Positions 43,021 through 62,923 of a stretch of DNA of 64,000 nucleotides are shown piece by piece. The stretch lies in the NCBI RefSeq assembly GCF_009914755.1, contig NC_060925.1, one strand, 5' to 3'. This DNA comes from the human T2T-CHM13v2.0 reference genome, Homo sapiens. The notes beneath the pieces are model-generated. The model did not search any database. It worked only from the letters and a program-made list of their open reading frames with translations, and was not told the origin of the DNA. Each line of letters begins with the position of its first letter. Within the stretch, counting starts at the first letter, position 1. The translations under genes were made by a program, and so were the position numbers.

Positions 43021-44288
43021 TATTAAAATTGAATTAAAAACTTATATGTACATTCAACTAGGTTTTTTAGTAAATGTGGAAAACCAATCCACAAAGGATG
43101 GAAATTTAAAATGTAGGTTACATGATCTTAAATAATCAAGAATCACTTTTCTAAATTAATTCGCTTTAGTTTTTTCTTTTTCTTCTCTTCCTTTATGCTA
43201 TTTTTTTCCAGCTTTTTTAAGTATAATTGACAAATAAAAGCAGTTTATATTCAAGTTGTACAGTGTGATGATTTGATATACCTACACATTGTGAAATTAT
43301 TACCTCAATCAAATTAATGAACACATCCATCACCACACCAAGTTACCACTGCGTGTGTGTGTGTGCATGTGCATGTGTGTGTGTGGTGAAGACACTATAG
43401 CTCTTTCTAGGCACATTTCAAGTAAACATTACAGCATTACTAACTAGAGTCACCATGCTGTTCATTTGTCCCGTGACTGATTCATCGTATGTGTGCTTTT
43501 TGAACAGCATCTCCACATTCCTCGCCACTCCCCTCCCAAGCCCCCATCAAACACCATCCTACTTTCTGCTTCCATTAGTCCCACTTTTTTAGATTCCATG
43601 TATAAGTGAGATCATACAGTATCTGTCTTCCTGTGCCTGGCTTATTTCACTTAGCATGTGTTCTCTAGGTTTACCTATGTTGTCACAAACAGCAGAATTT
43701 TCTTTTTTAAGGCTGAATAGATTTCAATTATGTATCTGTACCACATTTTCTTTATCTATTCATTGACGATGGAAATTTAGGTTGATTCCATAGCTTGGCT
43801 ATTGTGAACACTGCTGCAATGAAAATGAGAGTGCAGATAACTTTTGGACATAATGAGTTCATGTCCTTTGGATATATACCCTGAAGTAGAATTGCTGGTT
43901 CAGAAGGCAGTTCTATTTTTAATTTCTGAGGAACCTCCATACTGTTTTCCATAATGACTGTATCAGTTTACATTCCCATCAACAGTATAAAAAGTTTCCC
44001 TTTTCTCTACTCACTGACCTTTATCCTTACCAACATTAAAACCATAATATTTCATTATAGTTTTGATTTGCCTTTCTCTAATTAGTGATATTGGGCATTT
44101 TTTCATATACTTTTTGGCCTTTTGTATGTTTTATTTGAAAAATGTCTATTTAGGTTCTTTGCCCATTTCTTAAACTGGGTTATTCATTTTTCTGCTATTG
44201 AGTTGCATGAGTTTCTTATATATTCAGGATATTAATTTCTTATTAGATATATGTTTAACAAATACGTTATTTCATTCTGTGGGTTGCC

Positions 44289-44595
<307 letters not shown>

Positions 44596-45354
44596 TTCCT
44601 TTTCATTTTGATTGTTTCCATTGCTGTGTAGAAGCTTTTGTTTGATGTAGTTTCATTTGTTTATTTTTGCTTTTTTTGTCTATGTTTTTGGTATAAAAAC
44701 CATTGCCAAAGCCAATGTTAGACAGTATTTTCCCTGTGTTCTTCTAGGAATTCTATGGTTTTAGGTCTTCAATGTGAGTCTAATCCACTTTGAGTTATTT
44801 TTTGAATATTTTGGATTAGCTCAAGTTTATTCTTTTGCATGTGGATATCCACTTTCCCAACCCCATTTATTGAAGAGATAATTTCTCCATGTGTACTGTG
44901 TGCTTTTGTCAAAGGTTAATTGACCATATATATGTGGTTTTATTTCTGGGCTCTCTATTCTGTTCCATTGGTCTATGTGTCTCTTTATATGCCAGTACTA
45001 TACTGTTTTGATAACCATCAATTTGCAATACACTTTGAAATCAGGAAGTATGATACCTCCAGCTTTTTCCTTTTTATTCAAGATTGCTTTGGCTACTCAG
45101 GGTGTTTTGTGGTTCCATACCAATTTTGGGATGTGTCCTCTATGTCCATGAAAAATTTCATTGGAATTTTGATAGAGATTACATTGAATCTATAGATCAC
45201 TTTTGGCAGCATGGACATTTTAACAATATTAATTCTTCCAATCCATGAACATGGGATATATTTCCATTTATTGGTGTCTTCCTCAATTTCTTTCATCAAT
45301 GCCTTATAGTTTTTGATGTATAAATATTCCACCTGCTTGGTTAAATTTATTCCT

Positions 45355-45687
45355 ATGTATGTATGTATGCATGTATGTATGTATTTGTTTATTTATTTAT
45401 TTATTTTGAGATGGAGTCTCACTCTGTCACTCAGGCTGGAGTGCAGTGGTGCAATCTTGGCTTACTTCATCCTCCACCTCCCAGGTTCAAGCGATTCTCC
45501 TGCTTCAGCTTCCTGAGTAGCTGGGACTACAGGCATGTGCCACCATGCAAAGCTAATTTTTGTATTTTTAGCAGAGATGGGGTTTCACCATATTGCTCAG
45601 GCTGGTCTTGAACTCCTGACCTCATGATCTGCTCACCTCGGCCTCCCAAAGTGCTGGGATTACAGGTGTGAGCCACCATGCCCAGCT
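45355..45687 (-). mobile_element. AluS (Sc/Sg-like) with (TATG)n(TTTA)n microsatellite tail
   Basis: Full-length Alu; tail converted to simple repeats. Confidence 0.95.
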
Positions 45688-47049
45688 GTATTTTATACCC
45701 TCTAATAATATTGGAAATGGGTTTGTTTTCTTAATTTATTTTTCAGATTTTTTTATTAGTGTATAGAATTTTTTGCATGCTGAATTCAATTTCTGCAACT
45801 TTGCTGAATTCACATATTACTTTTTATTTTTTAATAAAATTTTTAGTGTTTTCTATATATAATATTATGCCTCTTGCAGACAAAAACAATCTAATTTATT
45901 TCCTTTTGACTTAGATGCTTTTTAGTTTTTTTTTTCTTGCCTAATTGCTCTGGCTAGAACTTCCAGTTATATGTTGAATAAAAATGATAAGAGTAGGCAT
46001 TTTTGTCTTGTTCCTAATCTTAGCGGAAAAGTTTTAAGCTTTTCATTTTTAAGTATGATGTTAGATGTGAGCTTGTCATATAGGGCCTTTACTACGTTAA
46101 GATATATTATTTCTATTTTAACTTTGTTGAGAGTTTTTATTGTAAAAGGATGTTGAGTTTTGTCAAATACCTTTTCTGCATCTATTGAGATCATTGTGTA
46201 CTTTTTTTTCTTCATTCTGTTATTGTGGTGATAATATCTATCGATTTACATATGTGGAGCCATCCTTATACATCAGAAATAAATCCCATTTGATCACAGT
46301 GCTTATTCCTTTTACTGTATTAATATTTTAAAGGAAGTATCTCTTGTTGGAGTCTATATACTTAAGTTAGTCCAAACCTCAACTCGTTTTATTTTTAAAA
46401 ATCTATTGTGGGGTGATCTAAACTATTCTCAATTTTTCTGTTAAAAAATATAGTTTCCCTCTTCTCACCTGGCAATCACTTAGTTACTAAGGATTTAATC
46501 ATTATCTGAAATGTGCTTAGAATTAATTAGCCAGAAAATGCTGCCACTGACTTCCAATCAGATAAACAACTTTATATGTTGGTTAGCACTGAACTAAGGA
46601 AGGACTAGGAGGACAGATGAACTCAAAGGTCTAATGGAGCCTACAATACACATTTGTTGTTAATGCACATTCATTTTTAAAAACATACCTAGTATAATTC
46701 TCATATTCTCTAAATACTTGCTTGTTGGTTGCTTTCACAGCCAAAGTTTCCAGAAGTGCTTCCTCTGTAGTTCAGTTGAATTTTAAGTAAATTCAAAATT
46801 TGTAAATTTAAAATGGTATGGTGTAAGACACATTACGAACATACTTATGTGCACAAAATTTGAAGTCATTCAAATCACTGTAAATGAAATGTTAATCCAG
46901 ACTCATACTAATACAAAGTTAGTGAGTAGAGTGAGATGTAAGTTCTTATGCTATCATCATGTGGCAGTACTACTTTTTCTATGTACATAAATATTCACCT
47001 TATTTTGTCAGAATCTAGAAAGTTTTATTCTCATAATGATCAACCACTC

Positions 47050-48300
47050 TTTCCTCATTGTCTTTGTGTGTTCACCATCTCTCATCACCTTCTCTCCATA
47101 TCATGTCACTGAAACAGCTCTTTCTATGACTTCTATATCATTAAAGCTAATGAACATTTTGCATTGTTAAACTTCCTCTCCTTGGAACAGCGTCTTTCCT
47201 GGTCATTGTGTACTTTCTTTCTTTCTTTCTTTCTTTTTTAACTTTCCTTATTTTAAGTTCAGGGGTACATGTGCAGGTTTGTTACATAGGTAAACGTGTG
47301 TCATGGGGGTTTGTTGTGCAGATTATTTTATCACCCATGTACGAAGCCTAGGACCTATTAGTTATTTTCCATTTCCCTAGCTATATTAGTCTCCTTTACA
47401 AGCTCATTCTTCTATAGCCTCTTCTCTTTCCACATTAAATCTTGCCTTGGGCAATCTCATTCATGTGTAGACTTTAGTTATTATAGGTAGGAAGAATTAC
47501 AAATATGTTCCTCTATTTCTCAGCTGATATGAAGTTTTGTCATCTTCACTCATGATTTTCTCACTTCTTTTCTATTCAGCCTCAGCATACTTGTCCAAGT
47601 TACCATGAAGTCTTAACGTGGATCATGTAGTAGTTTTCAGATTGGTTTTCCTATATTTATTCTTGCCTTTTTTCCAATTCAAAACACAGGAGCCACAGCG
47701 ATGTTTTTGAAATGTAAATCTCATTTCTTCCCATCCATGCCCCATTAAGTAACTTTTTTGGCTTTTCATGATTGTCAGAATGAACAAAAATACTTATTTT
47801 CTCTACAACCTTGTATGGTATGTCATGTAAATACCTCTCCAGGCCACTTCGGTATCACACTTTCACCCATTACTTTTGGAACACCTACACTAGCCTTTTA
47901 AAATATATATTTTTTGTAGGTTTTCTTCTTCCATAGGCTATTCTTTCCGTCTTCTATACTTGTCCTGCCTTAACACAATGTAGCCTAGCTAACTTACTTT
48001 CTTCAACTTCCAACCCAATGTTCACTTATTCAAGAAGTAGTCCCCGTTATCTTAAACCAGATCAGTTGTCCTTACTGAAAATTCTTATAGAACCATGTAC
48101 ATCTCTCTTATAATGTTAATGGCCATTGTAAATTAACATGTATGCAATTTTTAAGTCCTCAACAAATGCTTTTGCTCTGTGAGTTGGCAAGGTTAACCTT
48201 GTTTGCTGTTCTTGCTGTTGTTCACCATTTAACTTTAGCACCTAGCACACAGTATCTCGAATAAAATAGCAAAAAATACTTTTTGCATGAGTGCCCGAAT
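47050..48300 (+). mobile_element. L2 LINE fragments
   Basis: cactgaaacagctc, ccttgggcaatctcattcat, ttgttcacc...agcacctagcacacag. Confidence 0.7.
47215..47370 (-). mobile_element. Short L1PA (PA10-13-like) 3' end with (CTTT)n tail
   Basis: ttttaagttcaggggtacatgtgcaggtttgttacataggtaaacgtgtgtcatggggg. Confidence 0.9.
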
Positions 48301-48429
48301 GCATTAAGCAAACACATTTAGATTCTACTTCTCAATTTCTAGAATAGTAAGTATAAACTCCAAATCTCCCTTTATGTTCAAAGCAAATGAAATAATAGAA
48401 GTGTTGGAAGAAAGTGTTAAAAAGAAAAT

Positions 48430-48840
48430 GATGACTGGGCTAGATGTCAAGTGATAGAAGTTTAGATGTTGAATCTTCAATTTCATACTTGTGCCCCTTT
48501 AAGCAAGACTCTGCCTCAATGTCATTTTTAAGATAGAAATAATAATAATAGTAATAACTAGGCTAAACTTTATGATGAATTTGCTATATGCATTAGATAG
48601 CTGGCTAAAGCATGTAAAGACATGTCAGTTCATCCTTAGAATTCCTATGAAATACATACTAATATAAAAATTAAAACAATAACATCTAATAATTATATAG
48701 TACCATATGCCCAGCACACTTTCAAGCCTTTTACATTCATTATTTCATTTACTCTTATGTAACAATGTTGTCAGGAGGATTAGACAAAATATTCATGAGA
48801 AACATTGTGTATAGTGCACATCACAATATACAGGTGTTAA
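48430..48840. mobile_element. Cluster of MIR fragments
   Basis: ctctgcctcaatgtcattttta, antisense MIR tails. Confidence 0.5.
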
Positions 48841-51155
48841 TTATTATATCTATACAATCTAATGAAAAGTATACTTCTGTGTAAAATGGGGATTAGTTAT
48901 GCTATTTTATGGCCAGTACTATGCTTCTTTACTTTCTGCCAGGACTATTTTTCTTTCATGACTCCTTTTGCAGTAATCCATTTTTAGTCAGTTTTCACCT
49001 GTGAGAATTTTGTCATATTTGACATTGCATATTTGGTATTTACAATTCTCTAACACTGCATGGCCAGAGGAAAATACTGTTTTGCATTCTTATAGTGTGA
49101 GATAACTGCAGAGAGTTGATAAATTATTTTTATATTCTTGAGGCCTATACAATCATATTTTAAATATGTTTACAGGCTTAAAAATCAGAACTATTACATA
49201 TGATAAACAGGTTTTTCAATGTATTTTTGAGATATTTTCTTAAATTAAAATAATTATTTATTTCACAAAACTGAGATAAATGAGACAAAATATCTAAGGG
49301 CATTTCTAACAATTGCAAAAAATAATATAAATACTGGCATCTAATCTTCGAGTATATAGCATATTACATTTAAGTTGAATATACTTTCCTATTATGAACT
49401 AAATAAAATTCTGTATAAAATCTTATGGGGAATAAGAATAACGGATAAAAAGTATTCAAATAATGGATAAATTTACTTGCATTTACTTCATCCAAGTAAA
49501 ATTATTTATTGCATGAAGCCTGCTTTTCTATTTTTTTAACGTTAGAGGTGTACAGATCTTTCTTCAAAACACAGGTTCTTTATTTACTGTACGTGTGTTG
49601 GTCAGTCATAGCCCTTGAGATGTTAACTTCAGGCATTTCTCAATCTTTTCTTGTTAAAATAGATTTTTCTAGCTCATTTTTCATACTCCCAAGTAGCCAA
49701 TAGCAGTAATAATAGCATGTAAAGTTATACAAAGTTGACTTCCCAAATAAAGACAATCCGGATGTGAGAAACCAGATCCTAGTTCAACTTACAATGGGGC
49801 TTCTGTTTCATTGTGTGTAATGCAAGAAATTAGGACTAGAATTCCATTCATTCATCATTCAAACACATATTTAAGGTACCAGGCACTGCTCTAGATGCTA
49901 GAAGACAGACAAAATTTATTATGAAGCTTATATTCTACTGGAAAGACAGCAAAAAAACGACTTCATGATTAAATAGCATTTTGTTATTAACATTCTTTTG
50001 CAGAAATATTTTTAAGCTTCTCTATATAAATAGTACTTTGTTTATAGTTGTAATTTAACTTAATAAATTTTGTCATATTTACTGGCTTATATAGAGAGTT
50101 CCTTTGTGGGAATTCCTCAAAAATTGAAATAGCGTTTTAACTTTTTTTAATAGGTTGCAATACTTTCTACAACTCCTGGAACATAATGCCTGCTTAATGA
50201 TGGTTTGCTAAGCAGATGAAGGAATACATAAATAAATTAATTAAAGGAAGAAGAAAGGAATGAGTAAAATTTTTGGAGCCTAGATTGAAGCTAAGGTGTT
50301 CAATAATCTCATTTGGGCCAGAATCTCTGTGTGTGGAAGCCAAAGTTACATTCCCTCACTATACTCTCTTAGGAAAGTGGAATGGTACACTTCAAAGAAC
50401 TTCTCATCCAAATATGTAACTATCATTCACAGAGAGGTTACAGTATTTAATTATTAAATTAAATTTAAATTTATAGTATTATAATTACAGTATAAGGTTA
50501 CAGTATTATATATAATAAATACAATTAAGGGACATTTGAAAGCATGTAAATTAGAAGTGGGTTTGAAGAATTTGCTTTGTGAACAATTAAAATCAATATT
50601 ACAAATAACCATTCTCTTTACTTGGAGCAACAGAAATTGAAATCTGGTGGTATGCATCAACCAGGCAATGGGGCAAAGTCATGCTGATGTTCCCAGGCCA
50701 GAAGAAAGAGCTGTAATAAGGAAACATCAAATGACATGCTAGAGGGCCTGGAAATCCTCTGTAATGAACAGTGAAATATTTCAAAAGAACATTATTAGAC
50801 ATTTCCATTCCCTTACATAGAGAGAAACTATACCTCTCACTCTTCACGTAGTAGTCAATGCTGTCTAAGATAAAACGGATTAATGTCTCAGTAGTGTTAA
50901 AAGTTGTAAGAAAAGAAAAAGCTTAGGTAGTAATTGCCACTAATTTTTTTAAAAAAATAACATTACTTATTTCTCATCTATTAAACGCAATTGGATTAGT
51001 AATTTTATGACTTTTATTTTGATATAAAAAATTTTACTCTATCTTTTATATATGTGGATAAGTGTGTGTGACTTTTCATATGTATATAAGACGTATATTT
51101 ATAATGCCTATATTTACTTCAAAAATATTTAAAAAGATGTACTATAGATGATATG

Positions 51156-51768
51156 CAGAAATCTTTTTTTATCTGCGGTATAGCCTTCTCTGACTCAGTT
51201 ACTTGAGATCAATCATGGTCCCAAAATATTAGATGAAAAATTCTAGAAATATACAATTCATAAGTTTTAAATTGTGCACTCGTCTGAGTAGCCTAATGAA
51301 ATCTCACACCATCAGGAAGGCTCGGTCCTTCCTGAGTCGTGAATCATCCCTTTCTCCAGGTATTCTGCTGTAAACTCTACTCGTTCATTAGTCACTTAGT
51401 AGCAGGCTTGGTTGTAGGATTGACTGTTGAGGTATTGTAGTGCTTGTGCTCAAGTAACCTTTGTTTTACTTAATAATTACCCCAGAGTACAAAAATAGTG
51501 ATGCTGGCAATTTATATATGACAGAGAGAAGCTGTAAAGTGCTTCCTTTAAGTGAAATGTGAAAGTTCTCAACTTAATAAGAAAAGGAGAGAAATCATAT
51601 CCTGAGATTGCTAAAATCTGTGGTAAGAATGAATCTTTTATCTCTAAAATTCTGATGAAAGAAAAAGAAATCTGCACATACTATACATAAGGTTCGGTAC
51701 TATCCGTAGTTTCAGACATCCACTTGGGGTCTTGGAATGTATCCCCTGAGGATAAGGGAGAACCACTA
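51156..51768 (+). mobile_element. MER44-family Tigger MITE
   Basis: ttatctgcgg...tcagttac...caattcataagttttaaattg...ggttcggtactatccg...ggggtcttggaatgtatccc...ggataaggg. Confidence 0.9.
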
Positions 51769-52539
51769 TATTCCTAAATATTCTGAGTTAAAGATTTTCT
51801 TAAGCAGAGAAATTTAAAATATAGATTATTTTAGCCTTTTCGGACTCTTATCATAAACGTGATTAAAAGCAACTAGTAACATAATATTAAATTATTATTG
51901 AAAAATACAACTGTACACTTAAATATGAATTCCTCTTAGTAACATTTTAGCTTTTCCGTATTTACAAATCATCTTTTAAAAACAAATTTTCCTGTCTAGT
52001 ATTTAAATTTTGGCTTGAATATATTTCCTGAAATCTAGACTTTGGTTATAATCTCAAAATGAAATCAGCAAATGATCTGGAATTGGCAGGATCATTTTTC
52101 CTAGAACTACGTTAAAATGTCAGATTTGAATGGTATTATTCATGAAGCACAATGGTACATTTGAGCTTTGCTGGTGCCCATGGAATGAGATTTTATCTGA
52201 GGGATATATTGTCATTGAACAATTCCAAATGCCAATCAGCAAAATCCAAAGTCCTTTTATAGTGACCTTGAGCTTGCTTCAAAACATGATGAACAACTTG
52301 AGAGATTAATCTAGTGAAGCAAAAGCTTCCAGGCAAAGACAATACTCACCTTATCCAATTTGTGGTTCTCATACTGTATAGATTAGGACTTTTATGGGCA
52401 GTTAGGGTGGTAGATAATAACTAATTATTTCAGAAATGAGAGCTGTCAACACATGATATCCAGAGCTTCAATCAAGTAATCTATCTTTTTAAAAAGTATT
52501 AATTTGTATTATCAATATTAACTTATATTTATTCACATA

Positions 52540-55450
<2,911 letters not shown>

Positions 55451-55524
55451 CTGAGTTAGAGGATTTCCTCTTTTCTTTAAAAAACACTCACTTTATTTTA
55501 TTGGGTGGCTCCCTCAGTAGTTAA

Positions 55525-55700
55525 CAATGACTTTGGGGAAGTTACTTTAGTTTTTGTGCCTTGTTTTTGTTTGTAAAATAAAGATGATAAAATTATCTAT
55601 TTCTTGTGATTTTTTTGGATCAAATAGTATAATACATGTAAAGTGCTTTCAATAGTGCCAAACACATACCAAGTTGTCAGTAATTGTTAGTTATTACCAC
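55525..55700 (+). mobile_element. MIR SINE
   Basis: tgactttggggaagttactt...tgtaaaata...tacatgtaaagtgctt...atagtgcc. Confidence 0.75.
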
Positions 55701-58174
55701 TAGCACTATTGTAACTGTTGATGACCCCTTTGAAGATATCGATTTCTAAGCTTTCAATTATTATATTGACAATAATAATTGATAATTTAATATTTATAGA
55801 TTTCCCATGCATGTCATATCTTTTATGCAAGCTTCAATGTATGCTGCCAACTTTTCCTTGAATAATAGTTTCTTCAGAGTTTAAAGTAATCCAAGATGTT
55901 ATCTATTCCAAATTTCAATGTATTTGAATAATGTCAAACAGATTACCATCCAGGCTGTCTTGACTCATACAAGGATGTGGAACTCAAGGAATGTATTTGA
56001 TTTGTAATTCCCTCTTTCTTATAACTCATCATCAGCTTTCCTTCTTCCTTCTCTGGCTTATATAAATGATATGTACACTGATGTAGGCCATACATAGAGA
56101 AAAAGAACATGATTTCTAATGCTAACCATTTGACCCTGACACATCATTTCCTGGGAGAAGGGAGAAGAGAGTTCAGTAAAGAAAAAATAGTGACCTAGTT
56201 CAAGATTATATGTTATTTCTTTCATTTATGTTTGGACTTTTTCAGGCAGCAGTTCAGAATGGTTTCTAGATCCAGAGAGACTATATGCCTGAGGCTCTTG
56301 TACTTATAAAAGATCAAAAAGAAAAAAAAAAGAATGCTCATGAGTGTTTCTGTTGATTCATTTAAAATTCTTTTTGATTTAATACTGTGGAGACCAGGAT
56401 TAAATATCCTTTGGGACTATGTTCATATAGATATGGCATGTATTATTGAATTATGCTTCCCAGGCTAACCTAGTGAAAGTGGTGTAGTTTTAAGCCTGAT
56501 AAGTTTAGGACAGTTATAAAATCTAATATTTTTATTTCTTGTTATGTTATCCTTACAGTGGCATTTTCACTGCTTTGCTTTAAAATATGAGAATGAAAAT
56601 GATAGATTCTATTTTATTTCTATCCTTCTGGCATAATTTAAAAACCATCATAAAATAATCAGGGAAATTGTCTCGATGAACAATTATGAAAAAAGCTATT
56701 CAAACTGAATGCCTCTAAGTGAAGCTTCAAGAATGATGTTAATTTGTTGTAAGATACGTTTCTGATGAGAATTATTATAAAAGGAGGAAAAAAGGCATAC
56801 CAGAATTCTAGAAGCCCTAAAAACTAGAAGCACACTCATACAACAACTTCTTTTTCCTCCTCTGCCTCCTTTACAAGTTTGAATGAAAAATACATAAAGT
56901 GCCTCATTTTCACTTATTATGTTTGCAATGGCATTCTCAGATGAAGGCTGGTTCTTTTAACATCAAATTCTCCCTTTAAATTACAGCAGAGATGAAGCAT
57001 GTCACCTTTCTTTCAATTCTAGCACATAAAGAAAACCTAAGTTTTTTATCTTAGCACTTCAAAATTTCTATTTCCTGGCACAATATTATAAGATTTTTCA
57101 AGAACTAGCAACATTATTGATGGTATCAAAAAAGAGGGAAAGTAATTTTTTTCTTACATAGAGCATATCTCTAGTAGTAGTTATTTTCTTCTTCTTAGGA
57201 AATCACATTGATTAGCCCTTATTCACAAACGATTTAAAAATCTTTAATTTTGGAACTGCAGATCTATATGCACAATGAACTAATCAATCATCTGAAAGTT
57301 GCACAACCTTTCTAAATTTGAACTCCTTATTTTTCCCCAAACGCTATTCCTCTTATGCTAAATGAATATTCTAAATTAAACATACTTCCCCAAGCCTCAC
57401 CTACTAAATGGTTATCTCTGCTTCCTATCTCCAACATAGACTTAACCTTCTCTCTATAGTGACCTACTCAAAGTTTACTATATAGAACATGTGGCTCCAA
57501 ATGTCACAACTTTCTCACACTCTGCTCCCTTTGCCTGGAGCACAAGTCTGTTGGACTTCCTTCATGTCTCCACCTCATCCTAACTCTCCTAGGAAGTGAT
57601 GATACCTTAAGAAGCTCTCAGTTTAGAAGGAGAGATGGGAAGCCAAAAGAATACTTTAATATAAAGAAATGTGATAATAGAAACTTCATTACAATAATTT
57701 GTTTATATGTCTTTATGTTGTTAAATTACAATCTTTTTGAGGTCATGGGTTATATCTAATTTATCTTTGTATTGTTAGTGTTTAGCATAATAACCAATAA
57801 ATATTATTGTATGTTTATTAATGAATAGATGCTTAATAAATATTTACTAACTATATGTAGTTCTCATGACCTACAACTACAAAACCATTATTATACAAGT
57901 ATCAGTAACTTTTTTCATTCTCAAATAAGCTCTAGTCAACAGCTCACTGACAAGATTCAGATTTACATGAAATCATAAATTCTGAGACAAAATCCCAGGT
58001 GTCTTCCAAACTTGGCATAATATAGTTTATACATCATATTGCAGATTGTGCTTTTGAAATGCAAAGGTGCAGCATTAAACCAAGGGAAATATAAGGCCGT
58101 TAGAAGAAATTTGTATGAGCAAATTATTTTCTCACCATGCAAGGTGACTTCTTTCTTCAGCAGGATCTATATAG

Positions 58175-58415
58175 AATTCTAGTCTGCTATTGGTCTAAGG
58201 ATCAGAAGACCTGGTTTATGAGGCCAGTTCTGGTTCCTCTGTGAGCTAGCTATATAATTTATACATTTTTTGAGGCTTAGTTTTCTTATTTACAAATGTG
58301 GGTGATAATACTTGCCATGATTACCTCACATAGATAAAACAAGGCCCAAATGAGCCAATGCACATGAAACTATTTTGAAGCATACAGGTTACTGTGAAGG
58401 TGTAAAATATTATGA
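58175..58415 (+). mobile_element. MIR SINE
   Basis: atcagaagacctggttt...ggcttagttttcttatttacaaatg...tacctcaca. Confidence 0.7.
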
Positions 58416-58486
58416 TTAGATAAAATGTATTAGTTTGTTATGATTATATAAATAGAGAGGAATGTTGGAGTGTAAAAAATAAATTT

Positions 58487-60640
<2,154 letters not shown>

Positions 60641-60699
60641 AAAAAATAAATTTATCTTATCTGAATTTATTTGTTAAAAATTTTTCTTATCAATAATTG

Positions 60700-60860
60700 T
60701 ATTACTGTAATAATTGCTAATTTGTTGAGTGTTTGCAATGCTCTAGAACCCATGCAGATTATCTCATTTACTTCTAACTACAAATCCATAAAGTAGGATT
60801 GATTATGATCATCCTTACAGATAAGGAAGATGAGACTTACAGATACTAAGTTACTAAGTG
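60700..60860 (-). mobile_element. MIR SINE
   Basis: attatctcattta...ccttacagataaggaagatgagacttacaga. Confidence 0.7.
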
Positions 60861-61169
60861 ATAAGGGTATTCTATACTATTGCAGAATTTCAGCATCCAA
60901 ATTAATTTTACTCCAATTCCTAAAGTGCTCCTTGTAAAGAAAGGGAAAAAAATGTTCTAAAACATGAGTATACTCTTGCTAGTCAGTGAGTTATTTACTT
61001 TTCCCATACTTTCCCAAGAATTATTCTAAGATGAACAGTACATGAAATTACTCTTAGCATGTTTACCTAGGTCTATTTTTTTTTAATTTTTATAATGACA
61101 TTATAATAGCACATGGTATTATACCAGGAGGGTAAAAAGGAATCTGTATGAGATGCTAAGCTTTTTCTG

Positions 61170-61960
61170 TAAACATGCATTTTCCCCTGAGACATTTCTT
61201 TATCTAAGTTCCCTAAATCAGGAGATATCAGTTAATTATCTACCGTTTGCTCAAGCTAGAATCATTGGTATTATATATTTTTTAATTTTAACCTTTATCC
61301 TTCATCCCTACTTCCCTATCCTTATTTCATTTAATCAATTGTCATGTCCTGTCTCTTCTACCTTGACTGTATTTCTTGATTCAGTTTTCTTCTCTTCATC
61401 TCCTTTCTACCACATTAGTCCAAGCCAAAATGCTTCTTTGCTTAGAATACAGCAAACATCTTTCAACTGGTCCCAATGCATCTATTTTACATTCCTTTTA
61501 ATTCATTCTCCAATGGCTAGACTGATCTTTTATAATGCCAATTCAATAATGCTATACCTTTGTCTGAAATAGTTTGTGAATTCCAGTTGTTCTTCAAATA
61601 AAGTTGAAAAGCCCTGACATGGATTTTGAGTCTCGGTATGATCTGTTTTACCTAATCTCATGTCATACTATTTTCCCCTCCTTTTACACCTAGTAGCCAT
61701 ATGGACCTTATTTCACTTCAGTCAATACCCATGCTTCTTCCAGCCTTGGAAGCCTGTACATATTAGTTCCTCTGCCTGCAAAGCTTGGTCACCCTCACCT
61801 GCCACCTGGATACAAATAAGTCATTCTTCACGCAGCACTTTACATGTCACTTTCTAAAGGAGGCATTCCTCCATCTCCCATAGATTGGATCAGAGTCCCT
61901 GTTAATTGCTCTTATGCGTGCTGTTTTTCTTTTTTTAATAACCTGTATCACAGTAATTCT
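61170..61960 (+). mobile_element. L2 LINE fragment
   Basis: ttgctcaagctagaatc, caactggtc, ttcctctgcctgcaa. Confidence 0.7.
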
Positions 61961-62904
61961 TCATTATGAAAGAAATTATCTTTGTAACTCAAACAAACAC
62001 AGAGTTTTTGTTTTTCTTATACTTTTGTCCTTATAGCTGAGTAGTGTAAAAATATTTGAGATCCCTCAGAAAGTGAGATGGCAAAAGATCATAAATAGCT
62101 ATGCTCTAAAATTTCCCCTGTCATACCTGTTTACTGCTTGAGGGCAGGATTTCTATTTTGTTTATTGCTGTACTGTGTGACTCTGGCACAGAGTGGGTGT
62201 GCAATGACTATTTGGTAAGTGAGTCAATATATGAAGTTTCTCTATGGATCATCTAGAATAAAATAAAATATAATTCAGTTCTTACTACTCAGATAAATGG
62301 AAACTGCCCCCTTATGAATCTCTTCATGGAATCAAGAAACTTTAGCCTAGCTAAATTTTTATATATTTTTTTACTTTGTTATCCTCGATGCCTAATATAT
62401 TTCTTGATTTTTATTACTTAATCTTAGAGACACCAATCTGAGCTGAATGCCATTATTCTTATTTTTATAAATAAAGAAACTAACTGTGGTAGTCTTCTAG
62501 CCACCCTGCAAATCCTTTACCTCCTTCCATAGTAACAGGACTCTGGCTGGCACATAGTTTGACATTTCTCTGACTTTCTTGCATTAAGATATGTCCTTTT
62601 GGCGAATTCTCTCCCATCTTGTAAGAGAAACTATGTGTGCCTCTAAGCCTGAGCTTTTCAGAGGATGGATGTGCCTTCTCTTCTTCAAATACTTTCTCTC
62701 TTCCTCTAACTAACCCTGGGCATGGCAACTCAGCTGCATCTCTGACTCTCTGTGAGGAGGAGAACATCCTTTGCGCTTGGAACATACATGTAAGCAGCAA
62801 ACAAATGTCTATTATGTCTGACCTGTTGCAATTTGGGGTCCAGTTTTTAAGCAGTTTGCCTATATAATCAAGGTACACTCAGAAACGTATTATAATATTC
62901 TCTA

Positions 62905-62923
62905 TGGCCACCAGGTGGCTTCC
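62905..62923 (+). promoter_or_regulatory. Candidate CTCF site
   Basis: TGGCCACCAGGTGGCTTCC closely matches the CTCF core; non-repeat context. Confidence 0.5.

Noticed and set aside
52341-52375. Strong minus-strand donor AAG|GTGAGT
   Set aside because: No convincing matching acceptor; isolated donors are common.
61153-61572. 139-aa hydrophobic ORF (similar ORFs at 1239-1647)
   Set aside because: Lies in pyrimidine-rich L2 relics, which yield F/L/S-rich spurious ORFs.
62480-62878. 132-aa minus-strand ORF in unique DNA
   Set aside because: No recognisable domain, promoter or splice context; its length is compatible with chance.
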